A stretch of DNA of 64,000 bases, taken from NCBI GenBank assembly GCA_964437795.1, contig CAYTIC010000004.1, positions 3,475 through 67,474 of the forward strand. Reading direction: 5' to 3'. Both the position numbers and the translations under genes were made by a program. Below are positions 46,697 through 56,502 of this stretch, piece after piece. The notes under the pieces are model-generated. The model did not search any database, was not told where the DNA came from, and worked only from the letters and a program-made list of their open reading frames with translations. Position 1 is the stretch's first letter, and every line of letters starts with the position of its first letter. The DNA is from an uncultured Dehalococcoidales bacterium (GTDB taxonomy: Bacteria; Chloroflexota; Dehalococcoidia; GIF9; UBA5629).

Positions 46697-48058
46697 TTAC
46701 CAGTCCAAACCCTTCGATTTTCGAACCTTCCTGTAGTGGTCCATGGTCTGCTCGAAGGCCTCTGCCCTTGCCAGCACCTCCTGGGGATTGAAGACACGCT
46801 TGTCGATGATATCGCCCTCGACCCACAGGCTGGGTATATCCAGTGTATCCTGCTCGAAGTGCTGCACCGTCCTGAGGCTGCAGCTGGCAGCGCGGCAGGA
46901 GATGAGCGGGTGCATGAAAAAGCCATCGGCCTTAAAGCCCCGGGCTATCTTGAGGTAAGTTTCAACGACTGGATTGGAGACATTGTCCTTCTTGGCCTCG
47001 GGGAAGACATTGAACCAGAAATTGCGTGAGAAGCGCGCCAGCTTCTCGCAGGGATCGCTAATCTTGCTCAGGTCGAGCGGCCTGGTGTTGTGATAACCGA
47101 AGCTCTCGAAGACGAAATTCCATCCTTTCTCCGCCAGGTTGTCAAAAAACTTCAGGCTGTGCCAGGGAGGGAGCTCCGCGAAGATCAGGCGGTATCTTTC
47201 GGGGTAGTTGATGCCCGATTCCTTGACCTTGACGCGCTCCTGCACCTCGGCCAGCATGTCCTGGTACAGCTTGAGAGAGACGTTCATATCGCCGGCGAAA
47301 AAGAGGGCGGGCGGCATGCTGCTCCAGAAGTCCGTGCTGTGCATGGGCCCGGGGATGGCCTTGCGGGCCTCGCTGATCTGGTAGGTGGTCTCGTGTATCT
47401 TGGTGGCCAGGACGATCAACTCCTCCAGCCTGGCCCAGTCCATCTTCTTTTTCAGCAGCTTTTCCAGGAATGCGATAAAGTCCTTTATCTCTTTGGTCAG
47501 GAATTTGACCTGGTACTCTTCAAGGTCGGGCTCATTGCCTTCGAAAGTGGCCATCATGGGCATTTCGAGGCACCATTCAGGAGCATCGAAGTATCTTGCC
47601 AGCGCTTGAAACCACTTGAAACGGGCGTCGCAGATAATGCCCGATCCGAGCAGCAGCGCCGGTTTGGCCATGCCGCCCAGCGGGGCATCGGGGGGTATCT
47701 TGCCGCCGTTTTCCTTCATCATGCGGTAGGAATAGCCGATCGTGGCCCTGCCGTAGCCGCACATATGAGTGGGGAAGCCATCGGAATCCGAGGCATCCAG
47801 GAACGGCTCGGCTGCGCCGGAGGCCGCCAGCAAAGTGGCGTAGTTCTCAGGGTAAACGATATTCAGCCCCATGGCCTTGAGCGGGAGATCGCCCTCCCAG
47901 TAATTGAGCATGGACCATACGGTCGGCTTGCCCTCATTGCTGGCCTGGAGTGTATCAACGTAGTCCTGCTGCACGAGGTTGCGCAGCGGATAAACGCTCT
48001 TAAGGCGGTTAATGGCTCTTTTCTTCTCGGTCTTGGCGGGAGTTGCGGTTTCGCTCAT
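46697..48058 (-). CDS. HGD-D family subunit (BcrB/BadE/HgdA-like)
   Basis: Paralog of 39833-41191. Confidence 0.8.
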   Translation of the reverse strand: MSETATPAKTEKKRAINRLKSVYPLRNLVQQDYVDTLQASNEGKPTVWSMLNYWEGDLPLKAMGLNIVYPENYATLLAASGAAEPFLDASDSDGFPTHMCGYGRATIGYSYRMMKENGGKIPPDAPLGGMAKPALLLGSGIICDARFKWFQALARYFDAPEWCLEMPMMATFEGNEPDLEEYQVKFLTKEIKDFIAFLEKLLKKKMDWARLEELIVLATKIHETTYQISEARKAIPGPMHSTDFWSSMPPALFFAGDMNVSLKLYQDMLAEVQERVKVKESGINYPERYRLIFAELPPWHSLKFFDNLAEKGWNFVFESFGYHNTRPLDLSKISDPCEKLARFSRNFWFNVFPEAKKDNVSNPVVETYLKIARGFKADGFFMHPLISCRAASCSLRTVQHFEQDTLDIPSLWVEGDIIDKRVFNPQEVLARAEAFEQTMDHYRKVRKSKGLDW

Positions 48059-48185
48059 CTTTCACTCCTTATATGTTTTCAATGCGGAATATAAAAAGAT
48101 CGGCAGACTTAAATATTAGAATATTGCCGGTCTTAATGCAAAGACATCTGTGCACCGTTTCACTCATAGGTTAGCCGTTCCTTTC

Positions 48186-49703
48186 TCAGCTTATCTGACC
48201 GGTGTCCAGCATTTTGACCAATTCCTTTTTTAGTATCTTGCCCACAGGGCTGCGCGGCACCTGCTGCAGTATATAGACACGCCGGGGAATCTTGAAGCGC
48301 GCCAGCTTCTCGCTTAAATAATCGGTCATTTCCTTTTCGGTTAATGTGGCGCCGGGCCGCGGCACTACGATGGCTACGGGTACTTCCCCCAGCCGCACAT
48401 CCCTCTGTGGGACCAGTACTGCGTCGGCCACTGCAGGGTGCTTGTACATGATCTCCTCCACCTCGCGGGGGAAGACCTTCTCGCCTCCCACGTTGATAAG
48501 CTCCTTCTTGCGGTCGACCATGAAGAAGTAGCCGTCCTTATCGTAATATCCCATATCTCCCGTGTGCAGCCACCCTCCGCGCAGGGCCTCGGCCGTCTCC
48601 TTGGGCTTTTTATAGTAGCCTTTCATCACCAGCGGCCCCTGGATGACCAGCTCACCTACCTCCCCCGTTCCCAGCAGCTTACCCGACTCGTCCATTGCGC
48701 CCACCTTCACGCCGGGGTAGGCCAGCCCGACGCTGCCCTCCTTGTAGGTAAGGTCCGAGCGCTGCATTGTCGCCGAGGCGGAGCATTCGGTCAGGCCCCA
48801 GGCCTCGAGGATCTTGATGTTAAGCGCGCTGGAGGCGTCCTTCATGAGCTGGGCCGGCATGGCCGAAGCGCCCGAGATGCCGATGCGCAGCGACGAAAGG
48901 TTATACTTGCTGCGGTCCGGATGGTTTATCAACATGAAATACATGGCTACTACCATGGGTATGAAGGTGATCTTATGTTTCTCGATCTGCTCGAATATCT
49001 CGACGGGATTAAAGGGGTCAAGCAGTACGAAGGAGGAACCGGTCACCAGCGAGCAGAGAATCACGGTGATACCGAAGCCGTGGAAGGCCGGCACGACCAT
49101 CAGGGCGCGGTCATTGTCTCCCAGCTTGAGCAGTTTGACGATAATGTCGGCGTGGAAGAACAGGTTGGCGTGGGTCAGCATGGTGCCCTTGGGCTCGCCG
49201 GTAGTGCCCGAAGTATAGAGGATCTCGACCACATCGTCTTCCTTGCAGAGGGCTTTAAAAGGAGTGGACGGGGCCTCCGCTTCGAGCTTTGAGAACTCCA
49301 ACCCCTCGCGGTAGGCGCCGTTTACGATCAGGTGTTTGAAGAGGGGAGGCTTGTTTGCGATTTTGCTGTAGTGCTCGGCGAAGGCCGGATTTGCTACCAG
49401 CGCCACCGCATCGCTGTCACGCAGCAGATACTCCAGTTCGCGCTCCTTATAAAATATGTTGACCGGCACGGCCACTGCTCCCAGGTAGGCGCAGGCGAAA
49501 TAGGTCACGATGAACTCGGGGCAGTTGTTGAGCATGATGGCTACCTTGTCGTCGGGCTTGATGCCGAGACCGTGCAGGGAGTGTGCCAACCTCTGTGCCC
49601 TGGCCAGAAGCTGGCTGTATGTTACAGGCTGGTCCTTGAATATGAGCGCTGGTTTGTTTCCAATCTTGGAGGCTCTGGCCTCCAACATGCCGGGCAGATG
49701 CAT
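48186..49703 (-). CDS. AMP-dependent acyl-/aryl-CoA ligase
   Basis: YTSGTTGEPKG motif; AGGAGG RBS. Confidence 0.85.
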   Translation of the reverse strand: MHLPGMLEARASKIGNKPALIFKDQPVTYSQLLARAQRLAHSLHGLGIKPDDKVAIMLNNCPEFIVTYFACAYLGAVAVPVNIFYKERELEYLLRDSDAVALVANPAFAEHYSKIANKPPLFKHLIVNGAYREGLEFSKLEAEAPSTPFKALCKEDDVVEILYTSGTTGEPKGTMLTHANLFFHADIIVKLLKLGDNDRALMVVPAFHGFGITVILCSLVTGSSFVLLDPFNPVEIFEQIEKHKITFIPMVVAMYFMLINHPDRSKYNLSSLRIGISGASAMPAQLMKDASSALNIKILEAWGLTECSASATMQRSDLTYKEGSVGLAYPGVKVGAMDESGKLLGTGEVGELVIQGPLVMKGYYKKPKETAEALRGGWLHTGDMGYYDKDGYFFMVDRKKELINVGGEKVFPREVEEIMYKHPAVADAVLVPQRDVRLGEVPVAIVVPRPGATLTEKEMTDYLSEKLARFKIPRRVYILQQVPRSPVGKILKKELVKMLDTGQIS

Positions 49704-49888
49704 ATCAACCTCCTGTCTCGTTTATACGGACCAATTCACGCGGTCTTTTGCTTAATAAAAATACGATCCCCAAGGGATTTCAACCGGGGCAGTTGAGCCC
49801 GCCGTAAATGGTAAATCATCGCCAGATTAAATGTAAAGGCAGCCATTGAAACACGCATAATCATCGCCGGCCCCCCGTTAACAGATAC

Positions 49889-49916
49889 TTGACTATTGAT
49901 ACCCTTCTGTTAGAAT
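49889..49916 (+). promoter_or_regulatory. candidate promoter TTGACT-N16-TAGAAT for the downstream ligase/RdhA/phosphoesterase cluster
   Basis: -35 49889-49894, -10 49911-49916; a GACTGTCAGTC palindrome just downstream. Confidence 0.4.
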
Positions 49917-50033
49917 AAGCGACTGTCAGTCAGTTATCATCAAGATTTGTTTGGAGGGAGCCGCGGGCCAAGCAGCATTCTCACCCGATATCAAACGGGT
50001 AAATAACAGTGAATATCATAAGGAGGTGCAGGA

Positions 50034-51632
50034 ATGAACCTGGCCAACCTTGTAGTTGAAGGGATCAGGAAATTCGGGGAATACGAGTGCTGTTATTTCG
50101 AGGGGAAATGGTACACCAATGTGGAACTGGACGATATGTCCAGCCGCCTGGGCAATGCGTTGAAATCGATCGGTGTCGGCAGGGGAGACCGAGTGGTCAC
50201 GCAATTGCCGAACTGCCCGGAGATCGGGTGTACGTTCAATGCCGTATATAAGATAGGCGCCGTTGCCGTGCCTATGAATCCCATACTTCGCCCGGACCAA
50301 ATATCCCATATCTACAGGAACTGCGGCGCCGGGGTAACCATCACGACATCCGATTATCTACCCTGGATCAGGGAGGCGCAGAAAAATGCCCCGGGGCTCA
50401 AGCAGATCATTTTAGTTGACAGGGATGATGAGCCGGGCACACTCTCTTTTAAAAAGTTGCTGGAAAGCTCCAGCAGCGAGCTGAAGGTGGAGGACATGGA
50501 TGGCGAGGACCTGGCTGCGCTTATCTATACGTCCGGCACCACCGGCAATCCCAAGGGAGTTATGCACACCCACTACTCACTGTGGATCAACGCGGTGTGC
50601 TTCGCCGATTTTACCGCAATGTGCTCGCCCACAACCCTGCGTGATGTCCGCCGGGACCTCAACAAGCACACGTACAAGATCGAGGAGACCATGCAGGAAG
50701 TTACCGGACACGACCGCAACGTGCTGTTCCTGGCGGTCCTGCCGCTGTCCCACTCGTACGGGTTGTCCTTCATGAATTTCGGCAGCCTGGTCGGGGCCAG
50801 GTACGTAGTGATGAAGTGGTGGAACCCCGCGGGCGCACTCAAAATCATCGAAGATATGCGCGTAGGATATATTGCGCTGGTGCCGACCATGTACGTTCAC
50901 CTGCTTGACCAGCCCGACTTCGACAGGTATGATCTCTCATCGCTCCAGTACTGCAACTCGGGGGCCGCAGCGCTGGACACAGGCATCGCAATGAAGTGGA
51001 AGGAGAAGACGGGAGTTCATATCCATGAGGGTTGGGGCATGACGGAATCCGGCGCGACCACTTCGGGAAATCCCACCACGTGCCCACCCAAGATCGGTTC
51101 CATCGGCGTTAACATGCTCAAGTGCAACACGATGAAAGTATTCGACAACGAGGACCACGAGTTGCCGCCGGAAAGCATCGGCGAGCTGGTTATCAAGGGC
51201 CCTACGGTAATGAAGGGCTACTGGAATATGCCCGATGAAACCGCGGAGGCGCTCAAGAACGGCTGGCTGCATACCGGGGATATCGGGTACATGGATAAGG
51301 ACGGCTATTTCTATATTACCGACCGAAAAAAGGACATAATCATCCGCGGCGGGGAAAATGTATCGCCCAGAGAAGTTGAAGATGTTGTCTGTCAGCATCC
51401 CAGGGTGCTTGAAGCGGGTTGCGTGGGAATCAAGGACCGGGTATACGGGGAGGAGATAAAGGTGTTCGTCGTGCTCAGGGAGGGGGAACAGTGCAGCGAG
51501 GCAGAGATTATTGAGCATTGCAGGAAGCATTTACCCTCTTTTAAAACACCCGGCAAGGTCCAGTTCATAAGTTCGCTGCCCAAGAATATTCTGGGGAAGA
51601 TATTGAGGGCCGACCTGCGCAAGGCGGGATAG
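50034..51632 (+). CDS. AMP-dependent acyl-/aryl-CoA ligase
   Basis: YTSGTTGNPKG motif; AAGGAGGTG RBS. Confidence 0.85.
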   Translation: MNLANLVVEGIRKFGEYECCYFEGKWYTNVELDDMSSRLGNALKSIGVGRGDRVVTQLPNCPEIGCTFNAVYKIGAVAVPMNPILRPDQISHIYRNCGAGVTITTSDYLPWIREAQKNAPGLKQIILVDRDDEPGTLSFKKLLESSSSELKVEDMDGEDLAALIYTSGTTGNPKGVMHTHYSLWINAVCFADFTAMCSPTTLRDVRRDLNKHTYKIEETMQEVTGHDRNVLFLAVLPLSHSYGLSFMNFGSLVGARYVVMKWWNPAGALKIIEDMRVGYIALVPTMYVHLLDQPDFDRYDLSSLQYCNSGAAALDTGIAMKWKEKTGVHIHEGWGMTESGATTSGNPTTCPPKIGSIGVNMLKCNTMKVFDNEDHELPPESIGELVIKGPTVMKGYWNMPDETAEALKNGWLHTGDIGYMDKDGYFYITDRKKDIIIRGGENVSPREVEDVVCQHPRVLEAGCVGIKDRVYGEEIKVFVVLREGEQCSEAEIIEHCRKHLPSFKTPGKVQFISSLPKNILGKILRADLRKAG

Positions 51633-51676
51633 GCGCTCTTCCCGGATGGGGAGAAATATGTAGCGGGAGGCAGGAT

Positions 51677-52681
51677 ATGCGAATATGCAAAGGCTACAGG
51701 CGGCTATCTTTCATCACAGATACGAGGGGGATTAAAAGCGCCATAGGCGAGATGCGGGGGCTTGGACATCCTCAACAGCCGGTGTTGAACAAGAGCTACC
51801 TGCCCGCGGCGGACGACCCGGTAATCGATGAGCAATGGTTCATAGACACCATAACTCAGAAGGTAGAAAGCCATCCTATGAACAGTATGGAGTACCCTTT
51901 GGACGGAGAGAGGATATTCGATTCACCCCTGGTGGGTTTTGTGAGAGGTGACGACCCGCTTCTGGCTGATTACAGGCGGATCATAGGCCCGCACCATTTC
52001 ACACCGGCTGCCATTATGGCCTGGCAGGCCAAGAGAAACGGCGTGCCTGCCCCCGACGCTGCCGACCTCAGCGTTGTTTCGTTTATCCTGCCCATAACGG
52101 GCATAACCAGGGAGGAGAATGCAGCTATGAGTGAATGGCCCTCCGAGCGCTGGGCCCAAACCAGGCTGTTGGGCGAAATATTCAGCCAGGTCATGGTGAG
52201 GGAGATTGTATCCAACCTTATGCAAAGGGGGATACTGGCCATCGCCCCCGATGTGACGCCTCTTTTCAGAAAACAGCGCTACCCCGAAGTTGGGTGGGCT
52301 TCGCCCTGGTCACACCGCCATATGGCCTATGCGGCGGGATTGGGGACATTCGGCATGCATGATTTCCTCATAACGGAGAAGGGGGCGGCACACCGCTGCG
52401 GAAGTTTTATCGTGAACCTGAAGCTGCAGCCCAACAGGTCGAGGCCGGACAACATACACGCGGGCTGCCTCCAGCACAACGGCGCCAAGTGCCTTAAATG
52501 CGCCACCAAGTGCCCGGTCGGGGCTATCGGCGAGAGAGGGCATGACAAGGAAGCCTGTTATAACCGTGTGTCCAAAACCCTGGCATACTGCAATAAAAAT
52601 TACCACATTTTCATCTATGGCTGCGGGCTGTGCTCGGTAGGTGTGCCCTGCGCATCGGCCATACCGGCCAGGAAGCAGTAA
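51677..52681 (+). CDS. RdhA/QueG-superfamily cobalamin/[4Fe-4S] protein (reductive dehalogenase/epoxyqueuosine reductase-like), cytoplasmic
   Basis: SHRHMAYAAGLGTFGMH…RCGS core resembling QueG/RdhA; two Cys clusters (Cx7CxxCxxxCP; CGLCx5C); no TAT signal. Confidence 0.55.
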   Translation: MRICKGYRRLSFITDTRGIKSAIGEMRGLGHPQQPVLNKSYLPAADDPVIDEQWFIDTITQKVESHPMNSMEYPLDGERIFDSPLVGFVRGDDPLLADYRRIIGPHHFTPAAIMAWQAKRNGVPAPDAADLSVVSFILPITGITREENAAMSEWPSERWAQTRLLGEIFSQVMVREIVSNLMQRGILAIAPDVTPLFRKQRYPEVGWASPWSHRHMAYAAGLGTFGMHDFLITEKGAAHRCGSFIVNLKLQPNRSRPDNIHAGCLQHNGAKCLKCATKCPVGAIGERGHDKEACYNRVSKTLAYCNKNYHIFIYGCGLCSVGVPCASAIPARKQ

Positions 52682-52712
52682 ATATAATGGCAATCACCAC
52701 GTATATGCGGTA

Positions 52713-52769
52713 TTGACAGGCCGCTGATATATGTTAGAATGTGGTCTGTAACTGACCGTCGGTCATTTA
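52713..52769 (+). promoter_or_regulatory. promoter TTGACA-N16-TAGAAT plus palindromic operator TAACTGACCG-T-CGGTCATTTA upstream of tetR
   Basis: -35 52713-52718, -10 52735-52740; 21-bp imperfect palindrome 52749-52769 at the expected TSS. Confidence 0.45.
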
Positions 52770-52777
52770 TAAAAACC

Positions 52778-53371
52778 ATGTCGAAACAGGCTGATCCACG
52801 GCACAGGGAGGACATACTTGAGGCGGCGCGCCGGGTTTTCCGGGAGCAGGGCTACGAGAAGGCGCGCGTGGAGGATGTGGCCAGGCTGGCGGGCGTTGCC
52901 AAGGGCACCGTTTACCTTTATTTCAATTCCAAACTTTCCATATTGGAGGCGCTGGTCGATTCGTATTATGTGATGATGCTGCAGGCGATCGTACCCCACC
53001 TGTCTGATCCTGATAGCAGGCTTGCGCTTAAAAAGGCGGTGCATGCGGGCTTTGTACTGGCGGCCCGTGAGCAAGACCTGGTCGTACTGCTGGACCTGCG
53101 CCTGGGCTATGCAAAAAACAGGAAAGTGGCGACAATCGGGAATCCTCTGGCGCTGAGGGAGATCCGGCGCTTCCTGAAGAGGTGCCACGATAGGGGCGAG
53201 CTGCGCAACTATGAAACGGACATCGCCGCTGTCTTGATGGGAGGCCTGTTGCAGTGGATAACCAAGCTGTGCCTGGTCTGGCAGGGTGATGACCTCGCCA
53301 AATACGAAGATACCGCTGTAAAAATGCTGCAGTTTGCGCTTTTTAATAGCAGCCGAAAAGGTGGTAAGTAA
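52778..53371 (+). CDS. TetR/AcrR family transcriptional regulator
   Basis: N-terminal HTH ILEAARRVFREQGYEKARVEDVARLAGVAKGTVYLYF. Confidence 0.8.
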   Translation: MSKQADPRHREDILEAARRVFREQGYEKARVEDVARLAGVAKGTVYLYFNSKLSILEALVDSYYVMMLQAIVPHLSDPDSRLALKKAVHAGFVLAAREQDLVVLLDLRLGYAKNRKVATIGNPLALREIRRFLKRCHDRGELRNYETDIAAVLMGGLLQWITKLCLVWQGDDLAKYEDTAVKMLQFALFNSSRKGGK

Positions 53372-53395
53372 AAACCGGGATACGAGGAGGACTTC

Positions 53396-54988
53396 GTGAA
53401 AAACAAAGCGGGATTGATCGCGATACTGGCGTTGTTGCTGTGTGCGCTGTTGCCTGCCTGCACGCCGGGCCAGACGTTGTCGCAACGGAGTGATCAGCAA
53501 TACGTGGTAGTCATCGTCATAGACGCCTGCCGCCCGGATTATTTCGACATCGCTGATATACCCAATATTAAGAAGCTGGCAGATGGTGGGGTCACTTATA
53601 CTGATGCCTGGGTAGGGCAGAACCCCAACGTCACGCCTCCCAGCCATGCAACCATCACAACGGGCGCCTTCCCCAGGCGGCATGGAATTCTCAACTTCCT
53701 GTGGAGGAATCCCAGGACCGGACTGGCTTACTGGTACACATACTGGGACGATGTATATACGGGGGACTATAACAAAATGATTAAGGGCAACGATGTTGTC
53801 AGCATCGGGTCGCTGTACAAGCAGAAGTTCCAGGGAGCCAGGGTCGCCGCAGTGGGATCGGGCAAGTTTTATGCGGTGGCTTCCATGGCGGCCGATGACA
53901 GCGACTATATACTCTTCCTGAATGCCGCCGGGGTGGTCAATCCTGAGGCGGAGTCACCCGACAGCTTCGAGGTGAGCGGGGTAAAGGGCCACCTGGCCCC
54001 TCAGGAGATCATGAAGGACCCTGCATTGAACCGGCCCAAGGGGAGTGGTTGGGATGCTGACAACTGGGCGACGGATGTGGCGCTCAAGCTATTTGAAAAA
54101 GAGAGGCCGCAAGTGCTGTATCTAAGTCTCTCTGAAACCGATGAGGCCGGCCACTGGAGCCTCTCTATCAATGACGCCAACGTTATGGGCAGTTGCGTCA
54201 GCAATGCTGACAGGCAGATCGGCCGCTTGATGGAGGCGTACAGCAAGGCCGGGATCTTCGACAGGACGCTCTGGGTGATCGTTGCCGACCACGGCATGAC
54301 ACCGACACTACATACAATACCGCAGAAAGCCGTCGATGCGGAGATTACCAAAACCGGTACCCGGGTGCAGGTGCAGAATCCGGAGACATTGCTCTTCGAT
54401 CCTTCAAAGACTGCCCAGGCGGTTGAGAACGTGATCAAAGCCGGCATACCCGGCATTAAAGGCGCTTATATCCATGTGCAGAAGCCCGACGGGAGTTGGA
54501 CCACCGAGCCGGCGCCGTCCTCTGCCACATTGATTACGGGGGACCTGGACAGGTGTTTCCTCTACCTCAAATCTACCGATACCGGACCGAACAGCGCCGA
54601 CTTTACACTCATAGAAAAAGAGAACTGGAGGCAGGACTGGTCGATACTGGGGGCCAAACCGATGCTCAGCAGCCACGAGACCATTACATGGAACGACCAG
54701 CATATCCCACTCATCATATCGGGGCCGGGAGTGAAGAAGGGGGTGAAACTGAACACTCCTGCACGGCTGGCCGACATCGCTCCCACCGTGGTTTCCCTGC
54801 TGGGCATAACACCGGAGAAGATGGACGGGGTGGTATTGGCTGACTGCATGGAGCGGGCAACTGTACAACAGGTTGAGGCACAGAAAGAAGTGACCCGTTT
54901 CCTGGAACCGTTGAGGGCTGCCCTCAAGGCTTCCTCCCAGGCCGACCTGGCCGACAACGAGAAACAGTTCGGTCAAAAAGAACGGTAG
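53396..54988 (+). CDS. secreted alkaline-phosphatase-superfamily type I phosphodiesterase/nucleotide pyrophosphatase family lipoprotein
   Basis: Lipobox LLPAC; VVIVIDACRPDY…TPPSHATITTG metal/nucleophile motifs; GTG start with GAGGAGG RBS. Confidence 0.8.
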   Translation: MKNKAGLIAILALLLCALLPACTPGQTLSQRSDQQYVVVIVIDACRPDYFDIADIPNIKKLADGGVTYTDAWVGQNPNVTPPSHATITTGAFPRRHGILNFLWRNPRTGLAYWYTYWDDVYTGDYNKMIKGNDVVSIGSLYKQKFQGARVAAVGSGKFYAVASMAADDSDYILFLNAAGVVNPEAESPDSFEVSGVKGHLAPQEIMKDPALNRPKGSGWDADNWATDVALKLFEKERPQVLYLSLSETDEAGHWSLSINDANVMGSCVSNADRQIGRLMEAYSKAGIFDRTLWVIVADHGMTPTLHTIPQKAVDAEITKTGTRVQVQNPETLLFDPSKTAQAVENVIKAGIPGIKGAYIHVQKPDGSWTTEPAPSSATLITGDLDRCFLYLKSTDTGPNSADFTLIEKENWRQDWSILGAKPMLSSHETITWNDQHIPLIISGPGVKKGVKLNTPARLADIAPTVVSLLGITPEKMDGVVLADCMERATVQQVEAQKEVTRFLEPLRAALKASSQADLADNEKQFGQKER

Positions 54989-55027
54989 ATTTCTATATAG
55001 AGGAAGATTAGTTCAGGAGGATGATGA

Positions 55028-55579
55028 ATGTCGAATAAACTCATGCTGCATTTAGTATTAATCACCGTTGCTCTGTTTACAGCCTCTGTGGCCGCATGCA
55101 CGCAGACACCTGCCGGCGCGGGCAAAGAGCTTTCTTTCAGTCCGCTAACGTATACAAACGACCAGTATGGTTTCTCGCTGCAATATCCCGACAACTTTAA
55201 GGAGGATAAATCCAAGGAGAAGGACACGATGCTTTTCAATGCCGTCGGGCCGCTGGTAGGTGGAAGGATACCGGTGTTGACCGTCAATATTTTCGACCGT
55301 AACAGGGCGCAGGAGCAGGCCATCGAGCTGATCAAGGCCGGCAGCGGCTCGGATATTAAGATCACACCGCTCAGGGAGATAACGCTGCAGGATGGCAAGA
55401 CCAGTGGCAAGATAAGCACGACAGCCTGGTACCATAACGATGCTAAATTCGATATGCGCGGATTGTCGCTGGGTGTGGTCAAAGGTGAATACCAGATCAC
55501 GGTCACGCTGACATCCATCTTTGCCATGTATAACGAGGATAAGTATATGGAGATTCTCAATACGTTTACGTTGAAATGA
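55028..55579 (+). CDS. hypothetical lipoprotein
   Basis: Signal peptide with VAAC lipobox; AGGAGG RBS. Confidence 0.55.
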   Translation: MSNKLMLHLVLITVALFTASVAACTQTPAGAGKELSFSPLTYTNDQYGFSLQYPDNFKEDKSKEKDTMLFNAVGPLVGGRIPVLTVNIFDRNRAQEQAIELIKAGSGSDIKITPLREITLQDGKTSGKISTTAWYHNDAKFDMRGLSLGVVKGEYQITVTLTSIFAMYNEDKYMEILNTFTLK

Positions 55580-55631
55580 AGCGGCATTGTCCATGTGAAC
55601 AGGTAACAAATTGTTGAAGGGGAATGAGATC

Positions 55632-56465
55632 ATGAGTAAGTTGGAAAGTTACCGCAGGGCCGGCAGGCGAATATACGACAGGCTACACCTGGCTTCTTAC
55701 CCTGTGGGCATCAGGTATATTAAAAGTGAAAGTGAGATACCACAGGGAAGTATGAGGCCTTCGGCGCTGGGACAAAAAAGTAGTCTGTGCCAGGCATTCA
55801 CCTATGCCAGGCGTTTCGGCTTCACCATGGCTATGACAGCCGACGATAATTTCTGCACACCCGCCACGGCCATGCACCGTTGGGTAGATATACCCTTCGA
55901 AGTGTTGGTGGAGAGCCAGGTTATCCAGGGATGGCACAAAGATGCAGAGGCTGAGAAAAAGAGGATAGAGCACGGGCAAAAAATGATTGGCAAAGCCAAT
56001 CTTCCGAAGCTGTTGAAATATAAAGGATTCATCTGTTTCCCGTTGCATAATGCTCCAGCCAGGCCGGACAGCGTGCTTATTTATGGTAATGGTGAAAATG
56101 TAATGCACATAATACATGCGCTTACATATGGAGGCGAGAATTTTCCCACCTCGTCCTTTGAAGGATTTGCCGAGCCGTGCCTGAAAGGTGGCCTGATCCC
56201 TTTTATTACCGGGGTCCCGCAGGTAATAATTCCCGGCATGGGTGACCGCTCTTTCTCGGGGACTTACGATTACGAGATAGCCATCGGCATACCGGCAGAA
56301 CTCATCTTCGATGCCGAGCGCGACCTGTTTAAGACGGGTGGGCCGATGAACATGGGCCAGCCGGCCAAAACACTGCTTCCACAAAGCCTGACTGAAAACA
56401 TCACACCCGGTTTCAAATTCATGAGAGAAAAGTTCGATGCAAAGAAGGGTAAAAAAGCGGTCTGA
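55632..56465 (+). CDS. hypothetical protein, DUF169-like (tentative)
   Basis: In-frame ATG with AAGGGGA RBS; family assignment from memory only. Confidence 0.45.
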   Translation: MSKLESYRRAGRRIYDRLHLASYPVGIRYIKSESEIPQGSMRPSALGQKSSLCQAFTYARRFGFTMAMTADDNFCTPATAMHRWVDIPFEVLVESQVIQGWHKDAEAEKKRIEHGQKMIGKANLPKLLKYKGFICFPLHNAPARPDSVLIYGNGENVMHIIHALTYGGENFPTSSFEGFAEPCLKGGLIPFITGVPQVIIPGMGDRSFSGTYDYEIAIGIPAELIFDAERDLFKTGGPMNMGQPAKTLLPQSLTENITPGFKFMREKFDAKKGKKAV

Positions 56466-56502
56466 ACCTCGATACTGCCTGTTTTGATTTAAGGGGTAAA
56501 AC

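Noticed and set aside
39833-48058. The duplicated HGD-D subunit as an assembly artefact
   Set aside because: The two copies differ at many positions (N-termini, scattered substitutions) and have different flanks, so they are distinct loci. Mis-assembly cannot be excluded from a single sequence, hence flagged for read-level checking rather than dismissed.
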